A stretch of 64,000 bases of DNA from a virus (taxonomy: Duplodnaviria; Heunggongvirae; Uroviricota; Caudoviricetes). The first letter of the stretch is position 1. The number at the start of each line of letters is the position of its first letter. The stretch lies in IMG/VR virus record IMGVR_UViG_3300037454_000941, positions 10,063 to 74,062 of that record; one strand, given 5' to 3'. The translations under genes and the position numbers were made by a program. Shown here piece by piece: positions 49,050 through 58,503 of this stretch. Under the pieces are notes generated by a model that made no database searches, was not told the origin of the DNA, and saw only the letters and a list, made by a program, of their open reading frames with translations.

Positions 49050-49975
49050 TGATGCTTGGGCAGCAGGTCGCTACCCATACCCACCTCGTGTACGTTGACA
49101 GCTACAAGGAAGGGTGGCGGGAGGTAGCCGGGCGACTGGGGATATGCCGGGATGACGGCACCCCCAATCCGGGTAACGTCATTGCCGAGGATAGGTACAT
49201 CAATTCCAACGGTGTTACGATGCCCGCAATGCGGCTCGATGGGAAGAGCCTGGAAGTATATGTGGTGGACGGTATAGTAGATGGCGTAGTGGATGCCAGG
49301 ACACTGGCTGATGCATTAAATCACTTCCATGTTCCCGCATACGAGGCCAACGGATACAAGTTTGCCGGCAAGTTCAGTACATTGGCTAATGCGCCCAACA
49401 TGGTATATGACAAACTCCGGCGAGGCATAACGTTCAACGCGGAGCGCACCAAGGACTTGCGTGCCATTCATGAGCTGATGGCCAACCTCGGCGTCGATAA
49501 CGGAAAATTCATGGAGCCTTTGGTGAGCCGGTACATATACACGGTGAACCAGATGCCGCGGAAAAAGAACCGGGGCATCCCGGTGTTCGGGTATTTCGAC
49601 ATGGAGGATTACCTGGCAATCATAAAGGACAACCGGGTGTCGATGTTCCACCCGGCGGGAAATCTGGAAGCATTGCTGTACATAGAGCGTAAACAGACCC
49701 CGGGGAAAGTGGTACTGAAAGACATTGCCGAGAATGGCACGGCCATGGTGTCGCTAGAGGGATTCAATGCAATATTGGATGTGAAGAAGATGAATTCGTT
49801 CAGGCCGGTCGTCATGTTCAGCATGACGCCATTCAAGCTCCCCGAAAGCTCCAAATTCCCCTGGACTAAGATACGATATGGGAAATTTGAGGTATTCTGC
49901 ACGCCGATGATGGGGAAAATGAGCATGTTTGAGCATATACAAGGCGGCGTGAATTTGCTTTCCAGCATGAAGTAG
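49046..49975 (+). CDS. Hypothetical protein
   Basis: 309 aa ORF coupled to the gp25-like gene. Confidence 0.7.
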   Translation: MMMLGQQVATHTHLVYVDSYKEGWREVAGRLGICRDDGTPNPGNVIAEDRYINSNGVTMPAMRLDGKSLEVYVVDGIVDGVVDARTLADALNHFHVPAYEANGYKFAGKFSTLANAPNMVYDKLRRGITFNAERTKDLRAIHELMANLGVDNGKFMEPLVSRYIYTVNQMPRKKNRGIPVFGYFDMEDYLAIIKDNRVSMFHPAGNLEALLYIERKQTPGKVVLKDIAENGTAMVSLEGFNAILDVKKMNSFRPVVMFSMTPFKLPESSKFPWTKIRYGKFEVFCTPMMGKMSMFEHIQGGVNLLSSMK

Positions 49976-49984
49976 TGAAATAAT

Positions 49985-50002
49985 TGTTGATAATGTTGAT
50001 AA
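49985..50002 (+). promoter_or_regulatory. Tandem TGTTGATAA boxes (same motif as the 18002-18085 array)
   Basis: tgttgataa-tgttgataa immediately before the IS that precedes uvsX. Confidence 0.5.
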
Positions 50003-50022
50003 AATGTGTAAAAGTATTTGAC

Positions 50023-51477
50023 AAATAGGCGGTCGCAAGCTCACGCCCTTTAGGGCGTGGGTAAGACCCGCCGTAAGGAATGCAAGAAATAAATTACATA
50101 CAAGAGTCGCTAAATAATATTATATTTGAGATAAGATGTTATAAACTTTAATTGAAGTCAAGAAATTTATCATGGAAGCAGTAAGAAGCGAAGATACGAA
50201 GGCCAAGATACGGGCAAGCATGTCCGCCACGAAGGCCAGACGGCAGACCCAGGTCTGCCGTGTATTCGAGCTTAAAGTTTCCATAAGGCATAACCCTAAA
50301 TCGGTGTTCGAGAAGATGTCCCAATGCTTCAAGGAGACGAAGTGGGTAATCAATGACATGCTATCGTTGTCCAAGAATAATCCCGACAATAGCATGTTCG
50401 ACTACAAGTATACCGAACACAAGGATGTAGTACATTACGACAAGGACAATAACCCAGTTCATTCTCCAATCACCTTGCCGTCGGTGCTTCATCGAGCGAC
50501 AGTTGCCCAGAAGAAGACCGACATAGTGAACTTGGCCAAGGCCAAGGCACATGGAAGAAAGATTGGCGCATTGAAGTTCAAGCGGCAAGTGGACTGCATA
50601 CCTATCATCACTGGGTTCACGCAGATTATTGATGGCTGCAGGATAACCATACCGGGGTTCAAGAAGATCCGGGTCAACGGACTGAACCAGCTTCACCAGT
50701 TCGAGAAATTTGAAATAGCCGATGCCAAGTTGGTTCGCAAGGCATCCGGTTATTATGTGAAGATTAGCATAATGCTACCGAAATCATCAAGGAACCCTAC
50801 CAACCGAGAGGTCGGGCTTGATTTCGGTATAAAGGATTCCATAACGACATCAAACGGCGACAAGTACACCTGCAAAGTGCAAGAATCGGAACGCCTGAAG
50901 TACCTTTCACGAATGTTGAACAGGCACAAGACAGAGAAGGGTTCCAAGCGGCGATGGAGATGTAAGTGTCAACTGGCCAGGGAATATGAACATTTGGCAA
51001 ATAGACGGAAGGATATTGCCAACAAGATATACCATGGGCTGGTAACCGATTACGATGTTATCTACTTTCAAGATGAGCAGATTAAGAACTGGCAGAAAGG
51101 GTTGTTCGGCAAGTCCGTACAGTCTTCCTGTCTAGGTTCGTTGAAACAACGACTTGTCGCTCTCGAAGCGAGTGGGCGTAGTTTCAAGATTTCTAAGTGG
51201 GAACCCACCACCAAGCTATGCCCGATGTGCGGTTGTATCAACCATCCTACACTTGCTGATAGAATTTATAAGTGTGGTTGTGGGTATATTATGGACAGGG
51301 ATATCCATTCTGCTCGTGTAGTCTTGATGATTGGCTCGTCTAAAAGAGCCGAGTGCGTGGAACACGCCTCCGCTGAGGTAGCCACCTCTATGCCTCCTGG
51401 TTATACTGGGTTAGCACAAGCGGCTCCGTTGAAGCGAAAACTCGAAGCTCACCGCCTTTAGGCTGTGGGTAGTTCAC
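50023..51477 (+). mobile_element. IS200/IS605-family tnpB-only element
   Basis: Left-end hairpin ctcacgccc-ttta-gggcgtggg after TTGAC; right-end hairpin ctcaccgcc-ttta-ggctgtggg then tagttcac. Confidence 0.85.
50172..51461 (+). CDS. tnpB: TnpB-family nuclease (divergent RuvC-II)
   Basis: VGLDFGIK, IYFQDEQI, PTTKLCPMCG, YKCGCG, DRDIHSAR. Confidence 0.88.
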   Translation: MEAVRSEDTKAKIRASMSATKARRQTQVCRVFELKVSIRHNPKSVFEKMSQCFKETKWVINDMLSLSKNNPDNSMFDYKYTEHKDVVHYDKDNNPVHSPITLPSVLHRATVAQKKTDIVNLAKAKAHGRKIGALKFKRQVDCIPIITGFTQIIDGCRITIPGFKKIRVNGLNQLHQFEKFEIADAKLVRKASGYYVKISIMLPKSSRNPTNREVGLDFGIKDSITTSNGDKYTCKVQESERLKYLSRMLNRHKTEKGSKRRWRCKCQLAREYEHLANRRKDIANKIYHGLVTDYDVIYFQDEQIKNWQKGLFGKSVQSSCLGSLKQRLVALEASGRSFKISKWEPTTKLCPMCGCINHPTLADRIYKCGCGYIMDRDIHSARVVLMIGSSKRAECVEHASAEVATSMPPGYTGLAQAAPLKRKLEAHRL

Positions 51478-51529
51478 AAGCGATGGATAAAAAGTTAAAT
51501 TAAAACCAAAGAAACCAGCGAGGAAACGT

Positions 51530-52837
51530 ATGGCAAAGAAAGCAGCAACTGTAACAACCGGGGTGACTCTTGCCCCCAATTTCGGGTTCTTCCGTAAGTT
51601 GAAGACCGGCGATAAATATTTGGATAATAACAAGAAGCGGCCCGAGTATGGTTTCATCCATAGCGGGTCTTATGCGTTTAATGCGGCTCTGTCAGGCGAC
51701 GTGTACCAGGGCTTCCACATGAATAAGTTCTTCATGGCTGTGGGTTTCTTCGGGACTGGTAAGTCCCTCATCGCGAAGCTGAACTTCGCCCTCGAGCTCA
51801 TGAAGCAGGGGTACTATATTTTCTGGTTCGATACCGAAAACGAAACCACGGAAGAAATGCTTATCCGTGACTTCGGCTTCATCGAGGGGCAGTTCGAGAT
51901 TATTAGGATGCATACAGTCGAAGAATGTCACCATAGCCTTTCGCTGCTCGTGTCGCAGCTCGAAGCAGACAAGGGCGAGAAATTCGAGAATGAGCGAAAG
52001 TGCGCATTCGTGCTTGATTCCGTTGGCGGCCTCTTCACGAACAAGGGTGTGGATGACAATGAGAAGGGTGTGGACTCTGCTGATATAACCAAGGCCAAGA
52101 AACTGAAAGCCCTCTATACGGACATGGCGTTCCGTTGTGGTGAACTCGGCATCCCGATGTATTCGACAAACCATAAGTATTTCAAGCCGACCTCTTATGG
52201 GAATCCGATCGAAATTGCCGGTGGTGAAGGTGCCAAGTATTTCGCTCGCATTATTTTCGATCTCACCGTTGGCTTCGAAGTTGTTTCCAAGGATGACAAA
52301 ACCAAGTTGGGTCTTATCCTCAACGTTGACATCAAGAAGAGTTGCTTTGTTCACGTTGGGACAAAGGTCAAGATGTACCTCGACTGGAAGACTGGCCTTA
52401 ACCCGTATTATGGCCTCCACGAGATAGCGAAGGCCGCCGGGTTGTTGGATTCATATAACGCGACAAAATACAAAGATGTCCCGCCTCCTGTCGGGCGAGT
52501 TGGTAATGCCGGGGCATGGGTCATCAAGGATCCGCGCAAGCCGCGTACCGAATGGATTACCTGCTTGAACAAGGACTTGCACAAGGCCGAAACCATTGGT
52601 ACCATTCTCGATCCGATTAACGATTATGTGCACGAGACGTTCAGGAACAAGTCGCTGGCTGACAAGCTGGGTGAGAATGGAATCGATGATTCCGTTAGCC
52701 TCGAAATCAATGAGGCGGAGGTCGATGCCAACCTGAAGCGGGCTGAAAAGGAAGCCAAGAAGAGGGGTGCCAGCATGGCGAAGGCATTGGGCGAGGATGC
52801 CGCGGGGGAGGAATCCGCCCCTGAGGAATCCGTCTAA
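51530..52837 (+). CDS. uvsX: RecA-like recombinase UvsX
   Basis: SGSYAFNAALSG, Walker A GFFGTGKS, FDTE, VLDSVG, TNH, GGEG, GLNPYYGL. Confidence 0.92.
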   Translation: MAKKAATVTTGVTLAPNFGFFRKLKTGDKYLDNNKKRPEYGFIHSGSYAFNAALSGDVYQGFHMNKFFMAVGFFGTGKSLIAKLNFALELMKQGYYIFWFDTENETTEEMLIRDFGFIEGQFEIIRMHTVEECHHSLSLLVSQLEADKGEKFENERKCAFVLDSVGGLFTNKGVDDNEKGVDSADITKAKKLKALYTDMAFRCGELGIPMYSTNHKYFKPTSYGNPIEIAGGEGAKYFARIIFDLTVGFEVVSKDDKTKLGLILNVDIKKSCFVHVGTKVKMYLDWKTGLNPYYGLHEIAKAAGLLDSYNATKYKDVPPPVGRVGNAGAWVIKDPRKPRTEWITCLNKDLHKAETIGTILDPINDYVHETFRNKSLADKLGENGIDDSVSLEINEAEVDANLKRAEKEAKKRGASMAKALGEDAAGEESAPEESV

Positions 52838-52854
52838 ACGGCGAAAGCGTGATG

Positions 52855-52882
52855 AAAAGTCGGGGCCTCCCCCGACTTTTTC
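52855..52882 (+). terminator. Rho-independent terminator
   Basis: aaaagtcgggg-cctc-ccccgactttt. Confidence 0.75.
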
Positions 52883-52939
52883 CATATATTTTACAATTCC
52901 CCGTAAAGTTTTTACTATATTTTTGTAACGGAGTCGCGT

Positions 52940-54658
52940 ATGCCCGATAATGCACCTGTTACTAATTTACCGCCACCTTTTACCCCGAATGCCGGCATGT
53001 CGCAGCCTGTGGCGCCACAGTATATGGCACCGCAGCAAATGATGCCACAATATACGGCACCTCAGCAGATGATGCCGCAGTATACGGCGCCACAGCAGGG
53101 AACGCAAGGGGGTGGCCCGACATTTCATAGTCCATGGGATCCAACTGTTATTGATGCACGACAGATACCAATTGCTCAGCTGACACGCGAAGACATGGTC
53201 ATTAGGACCTATTTCAATGATGCTGTGCTGGGGCCGAAACTTCGGCGATACATGGACCCGAAGTTGTTCCTTGACCCAATCAACCAAGGGTTGATCAAGG
53301 TCATACAGATGTTCGAGCGCAAGTTCAATCGGATACCGAGCGCCCAGGAACTCATACTGGGTATGAATGCAAACGGGTTCTCCGAGCAAGTGATTGCTAA
53401 ACTTAGCTACATCTGCAACACTCCGGTTGTTGGGGTCCGGCAAGAATACTTGATAGCTCTAATAGAGAAGCATTTTCAGGAAAGGATGTCGGAAAACCTC
53501 CTCATCAGTGCTTCGGAAAACATTCATGATCAACGGGTATCCGGAATCAATGAGCTAATCCCCAAGCTAAAAGAAGCTGTAAACTTTTCATTACATACCA
53601 ATCTTGGGTTGAATGTCTATAATGACATCGAGACGGCACTGGCCTTGCTACAGGAACGCAAGGAGTGTATCCCATCGGCGATAAATGAGATTCGCGTGAA
53701 GACCGGGATGGTTGGGAAGGACGGGGCGCTTCGCGGTGGCGGCTACTATCGCAAGACATTGACATTATTCGCTGGCCAGCCTAATGTCGGAAAGAGCCTC
53801 ATATTGGGTAATGAAGCCGTGTTTGCGTACCTCATGGGGTACAACGTATTCTACATATCTCTTGAACTGTCTGAGGATTACATATGGCAGCGGCTCATAG
53901 CGAACATTTGTGACGTGCCGATTACCGATGTCCTGGATATGAGCGCGGAAGCGTGCCGTGCGCGGTTTGACCAAGTACGCGCGGAACACAACCATACCGA
54001 TGCCGGCAACATTCAGATTAAGCGACTCAAAACTACCACTACGCCTGCCGATATTGAAGCATACGTTGACCAGTATGAAGCCCAGTACGGTAAGCTCGAT
54101 CTTCTTGTAATTGACTATATTGGTATCATGAAGCCAGGGCTGTCTGCCGCCGAGCAGCGCAGCATGTACCTCGATGGTGTGGCCAAGGCTGAACAGATCA
54201 GGGACTTCCTCATTGAACGGAATATCGCGGGTCTTTCTGCGGTGCAGTTCAACCGCACCGGTTACAATACCGTGGACGCGGGTATTGAATCTATATCCGG
54301 CTCCTCCGGCTATTCGGAAACATGCGACGTGATGATTTCCATTACATCCGACTCGGTGTTGCGTGAATGCGGCATGTTCTACCATCTTTTCCTCAAGAAC
54401 CGTTTTGGTCGCAATTCGGACCACTTCGTGACAAGGTGCGACTATACGAAGATGAAATGGTTTGATGCAAACCAGGAAGAGATGACTAAGTATCAGGAAC
54501 TGTGTACCGAAAGGGATGCGGTATTGGCAGCCCAGAATCCCCCTCGGAGGGGCGGTGGTGGCGGCAGGCAGTGGAAACAACAGGCCGCGCCGCCTCAGCA
54601 GCCGCCACCCGAACAGCTGCAATCGAGGCCGGGTGAACGAGTATCCAATATGGTATAG
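52940..54658 (+). CDS. Replicative helicase (T4 gp41/DnaB-like) with P/Q-rich termini
   Basis: GQPNVGKS, YISLELSE, LVIDYIGIM, SAVQFNR, LKNRFG. Confidence 0.93.
   Translation: MPDNAPVTNLPPPFTPNAGMSQPVAPQYMAPQQMMPQYTAPQQMMPQYTAPQQGTQGGGPTFHSPWDPTVIDARQIPIAQLTREDMVIRTYFNDAVLGPKLRRYMDPKLFLDPINQGLIKVIQMFERKFNRIPSAQELILGMNANGFSEQVIAKLSYICNTPVVGVRQEYLIALIEKHFQERMSENLLISASENIHDQRVSGINELIPKLKEAVNFSLHTNLGLNVYNDIETALALLQERKECIPSAINEIRVKTGMVGKDGALRGGGYYRKTLTLFAGQPNVGKSLILGNEAVFAYLMGYNVFYISLELSEDYIWQRLIANICDVPITDVLDMSAEACRARFDQVRAEHNHTDAGNIQIKRLKTTTTPADIEAYVDQYEAQYGKLDLLVIDYIGIMKPGLSAAEQRSMYLDGVAKAEQIRDFLIERNIAGLSAVQFNRTGYNTVDAGIESISGSSGYSETCDVMISITSDSVLRECGMFYHLFLKNRFGRNSDHFVTRCDYTKMKWFDANQEEMTKYQELCTERDAVLAAQNPPRRGGGGGRQWKQQAAPPQQPPPEQLQSRPGERVSNMV
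53013..53098 (+). repeat. Coding tandem repeat, 30-nt unit (PQYxAPQQMM) x ~3
   Basis: PQYMAPQQMM PQYTAPQQMM PQYTAPQQ in the helicase N-terminus. Confidence 0.85.
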
Positions 54659-54667
54659 TTTTATGCC

Positions 54668-55438
54668 ATGAAGATAGCTGGAATAGACCAATCGATAGAC
54701 TCATCGGGGAAGGTCATCATGGACCTCGACGATGATACCCTGGATATAAAGTCCGTCGATTTCTATGGCTACAGTTCACACCTTTATAGACAGCACGAGG
54801 AAGAACGGGTCCATATCTATGCGCTTGGGACGGATTACGATAGAATGCCCATGATGACGCGCATGGATAGGGCATTTACCTTGCTGAGCCGCGACATGGA
54901 AGACGTGAAATATGTCGCATTCGAAGATTACGCGTACGCTAAGGCCAAGGATCAATCAAGTAACAGCGTTTTCCAGATTGGGGAATTCTGTGGCGGGGTG
55001 CGGTATTATTTCTACATGATGGGCAAGGGGATAATCACGTATGGCGTTCCACAAATCAAGCATTTCGCCACGGGGAACGGCAATGCGAAAAAGCCGGCCA
55101 TGTGTCAGGCGGTGAAGGATATATATCCGCAGTTCTATTATCCGTTCATTGACACGCTGTCGCCTCAGTATGAGAGCCCCCATTCTGACCTATGCGATGC
55201 GTTCTGGATATGCGAAATTCTCCGCAATCACATCAAGCACGACATTTTGGGTCCCGAATCGCTTCCACCTGACATACTGGCCCTCATGAGGTTTACCTCG
55301 ACTAAAGGCAAGGGGAAGCGCGGAGCGAAGGTTAGGTGCCTGCTGGACTACGATCTTGCGATTCGGTCGAACTTGATGTTCGACCCGGTGGCTGCCGGGC
55401 AGCGAAAGAAACCCGTCAGGAAAAAGAAAGTCGATTAA
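54668..55438 (+). CDS. RuvC-like Holliday junction resolvase
   Basis: IAGIDQS, VAFEDYAY, IKHFATGNGNAKK, DLCDAF. Confidence 0.85.
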   Translation: MKIAGIDQSIDSSGKVIMDLDDDTLDIKSVDFYGYSSHLYRQHEEERVHIYALGTDYDRMPMMTRMDRAFTLLSRDMEDVKYVAFEDYAYAKAKDQSSNSVFQIGEFCGGVRYYFYMMGKGIITYGVPQIKHFATGNGNAKKPAMCQAVKDIYPQFYYPFIDTLSPQYESPHSDLCDAFWICEILRNHIKHDILGPESLPPDILALMRFTSTKGKGKRGAKVRCLLDYDLAIRSNLMFDPVAAGQRKKPVRKKKVD

Positions 55439-55477
55439 TGGACTAGTTTTCCGGTAGATTACCAACCGGGATACATT

Positions 55478-56014
55478 ATGATCCACATGCAAGACTGGTC
55501 ACCTACGGAAGGTGACGCACTGAATCTATCCAAAGAAAACGAGACCGAACTCCTTGTTGGCGAAATCAACCAGTTCCTGAGTGCACCGCCCAGGTTCGAG
55601 GGTGACATCGCCGTTGTGCTTACCATGCCAGAATCGTATCTTCGCAAGGCCAGGGCCAAGCTGAACGAGGCGATCCACAAGGTATATGACCGATATCATC
55701 AATATGGCGTGTCCATGCTTGATGTTCTGTGCGCCATGGAGAGTGTTGTTGGTGCAGAAAAGCTCGCCCCCCTCGTCGACAACGACGTGAAGTTGATGGT
55801 CGCCTCGGAGAAGGGCATCGAAATTTCGACGGAAGAACTCGACATGGTCACCGAACGGTTGAAGAAAGGAGAACTGAGCTTTGACGTACAGAGGCTGCAG
55901 CCGGTACAGGAAGAACCCGAGGCGAGCGAGGATTCAGCCGAAGAGCAGGATGAGGATGCGGTATTTAACAATATGATGGAAACAATGGGCGACGAGGACG
56001 ACGATAATGAGTAA
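55478..56014 (+). CDS. Hypothetical acidic protein, possibly gp33-like late transcription co-activator
   Basis: SMLDVLCAMESVVGAEKLAPLVDNDVKLMVASE weakly gp33-like, and located upstream of gp32 as in T4. Confidence 0.3.
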   Translation: MIHMQDWSPTEGDALNLSKENETELLVGEINQFLSAPPRFEGDIAVVLTMPESYLRKARAKLNEAIHKVYDRYHQYGVSMLDVLCAMESVVGAEKLAPLVDNDVKLMVASEKGIEISTEELDMVTERLKKGELSFDVQRLQPVQEEPEASEDSAEEQDEDAVFNNMMETMGDEDDDNE

Positions 56015-56630
56015 TTTTCATTTTCCGGGACACGGGGACACGGTAAGGGAAATCCAGCAGACACTGGAACGCGAGGCAGAGGAACGCAACAAGGAAATCA
56101 AGAGCACCAGCCTCATTTTGCTGAATGCGGAAGAAGGCGTGTACGGTAGTCACCAGACATTGCCAACGGAATATAGGGAAAAGTGGCTGACCAAGTTGCG
56201 AGAGGAAAGGGATAACCCGATGCTCGGCAAGGGATATATCTGCAGGGCGCCGGAATACGAGACGGATGCCGACGTGGTTACGGAAGCGCACGAGCTTGAT
56301 TCCGAAGCGGCAAAGAAGATGTTTGTCACCGACAAGGATGGGAAGGAATACATTCCAGAAACCTACAACCCGAATGTTGACGATTCGGTGACATCCGACT
56401 TGGATGATGATTCCAAGAAGGTAATCGACATGTGCATTATCCAGAATGTCGCCAACAAGTGTATCGGCTGGGATTTCGAGGCCGTCATGAAAGAATGTGC
56501 CTCGGCGATAGAGGACGAATACGGGGCCGATTTCGAGTTGCCGGACAACTTGGACGAAATTGTCACGGCGGCTGTCGAGGAGGCGGAGACGCGAGCGAGA
56601 TTGCTGACCGATCAGTCCGGCAAAATGTAA
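56007..56630 (+). CDS. Hypothetical acidic protein
   Basis: 207 aa ORF overlapping the previous stop. Confidence 0.7.
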   Translation: MSNFHFPGHGDTVREIQQTLEREAEERNKEIKSTSLILLNAEEGVYGSHQTLPTEYREKWLTKLREERDNPMLGKGYICRAPEYETDADVVTEAHELDSEAAKKMFVTDKDGKEYIPETYNPNVDDSVTSDLDDDSKKVIDMCIIQNVANKCIGWDFEAVMKECASAIEDEYGADFELPDNLDEIVTAAVEEAETRARLLTDQSGKM

Positions 56631-56802
56631 AAAATTTTATACATGGAAAAATACCATGGGTGGCTTCACGCCGCCCGTTCTTTTGCTATATTATTACCAG
56701 TGCCCATGAATGTATAAACTGCATCATGCAGAAAACATCGAGACAGTAGAGTCAACATCGAGAATTCAAACGCACTAGAACTAGATAACAAAGGATAACG
56801 TT

Positions 56803-58440
56803 ATGGACAATTACGGCCAGAATCAGTTCGGCATCGGACAGCAGCCTCAGTTTGCTCAGCCGGGTGTCGGAGTACAGTACAATCCCATGTTTAACAACAT
56901 GGGCGTCCCCGAAATGCCGGCGGCTCAGCCGGATCAGGTAAACCCCAATGAATGGCAGCTTCTCTGCGACAAGGATCATCCCGAGGTCGAAGCTGAAATC
57001 CGCATTCTTCCCAGGGGACTCGAAGGGGTTCAGGGGAGTATGTGGCCCCATGTCAATTCCAGGGTGCATTACCTCAAGACACGTGATGGTAAGCGCTGGG
57101 GCGATGCGGTCGTATGCCGCGAAAATCTCCCGGATCCGACACGCAAGAGGGGCAAGGCATATTGCCCGCTGTGTGACAAGGTTTGGAACCGCTATTACGA
57201 TTACAAAAACAAGTATGGCGAAAAGGCCGTAAAGGAACTCCAGATTTCTGGTAACCTGGCAACCGATGACATCTACGTCAACGTTCTTGTCATCAAAGAT
57301 TACGTCAATCCCGCCAACAATGGCCAAATCAAGATTTGGCACGCCAAGAGCAAGCAGTGGGATAAGGTCATGAGCGCCCTCCCGGCGAACAACACCGACA
57401 AGAACGGCAATGTGCGGCAGCAGTACACCGGTACTCCAAAGTACATTGGTATTCCGTGGCATGTCCTTCAGGGCTCCACATTCCACCTCAAGGGCGTCTG
57501 GGATACGACCAAGTCCTTTACGTCCGGCGGCGTGGTTCACACTGGTGTCGCGGTGTGGGAAGGTTCTTACTTCGATCCTAACCCGACTCCGATCGCGACC
57601 AGCAATGAAACCATTATGTCCATCTTGGGACAGTGCTTCAACTTGTCTGAATACGAAAAGCCGGTAAAGTCGGTTGAAGAAGTTGAAAAGATCGCACTCG
57701 ATTTCTTCGCGGCCTACGATGGTCCCATCGCAGCAATGCCGGATACCAATAACAACTTTGGGGCAAATGGTTACCCGTCATATGCTCAGGCGCCGATGTA
57801 TGGACAGCAGCCGGGCATGCAGCCGGGAATGCAGCCCGCTTCCCCGAGCCCGTATATGCCTCCCCAGAGGAAGACCACTATCGGCAATGCTGGTGTGTTG
57901 TTTAACACCGCATCGGCCCCGAACTACGGCGTGCCCCCGCAGCAGATGAACCCGCAGCAGAATATGTTCGGCCAGGGACAGCCGAATTTTGGGGCACCGA
58001 ATGCAATGCCTAATGCGGCTGCCCCCGCTTCCGCCCCATTCGGGCAGTTCGGTGCGCCCGCCCAGGGTCAGATGCCTGGGGCAACGCCGGCGCCTAATGC
58101 CGGTCCAGGTCCTGCCACAGCAACGCCACCGTATGGCGCTCCTGCACCTGCTGGCGCACCGGGTGCGACGCCCTCCTTCGGGCAGTTTGGTGCACCTGCG
58201 GCACCGATGGGCGCCCCTGCCGGAAATGCATTCAATGCACAGCCGGCGGCGCCCGCCCCCACCCAGGTGGCCACGCCGACCCCGTACACTCCGCCTGCCG
58301 CACCCGAGCCACAGGCTATGCCAAACTTCGCGGCACCGGCTGCACCGCAGCCTAGCACCAATGCGGGTGTGCCGATGGCTCAGCCCGCTGGGAACGCGCC
58401 CGTGTTCCAGGCTGAGGACGGCATGGACCTGCCCTTCTAA
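56803..58440 (+). CDS. Single-stranded DNA-binding protein (T4 gp32-like) with long low-complexity tail
   Basis: IRILP, H...C...CPLC zinc site, YVNVLVIKDYVNPANNGQIKIW; ~230-aa P/A/Q/G tail ending EDGMDLPF. Confidence 0.9.
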   Translation: MDNYGQNQFGIGQQPQFAQPGVGVQYNPMFNNMGVPEMPAAQPDQVNPNEWQLLCDKDHPEVEAEIRILPRGLEGVQGSMWPHVNSRVHYLKTRDGKRWGDAVVCRENLPDPTRKRGKAYCPLCDKVWNRYYDYKNKYGEKAVKELQISGNLATDDIYVNVLVIKDYVNPANNGQIKIWHAKSKQWDKVMSALPANNTDKNGNVRQQYTGTPKYIGIPWHVLQGSTFHLKGVWDTTKSFTSGGVVHTGVAVWEGSYFDPNPTPIATSNETIMSILGQCFNLSEYEKPVKSVEEVEKIALDFFAAYDGPIAAMPDTNNNFGANGYPSYAQAPMYGQQPGMQPGMQPASPSPYMPPQRKTTIGNAGVLFNTASAPNYGVPPQQMNPQQNMFGQGQPNFGAPNAMPNAAAPASAPFGQFGAPAQGQMPGATPAPNAGPGPATATPPYGAPAPAGAPGATPSFGQFGAPAAPMGAPAGNAFNAQPAAPAPTQVATPTPYTPPAAPEPQAMPNFAAPAAPQPSTNAGVPMAQPAGNAPVFQAEDGMDLPF

Positions 58441-58456
58441 GAATCTATCTGGTTCG

Positions 58457-58488
58457 AACGGCATCGTCCTTGGACGGTGCCGTTTTTT
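58457..58488 (+). terminator. Rho-independent terminator
   Basis: aacggcatcgtcc-tt-ggacggtgccgtt followed by a T-run. Confidence 0.8.
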
Positions 58489-58503
58489 CTTCGAATATTT
58501 TGA

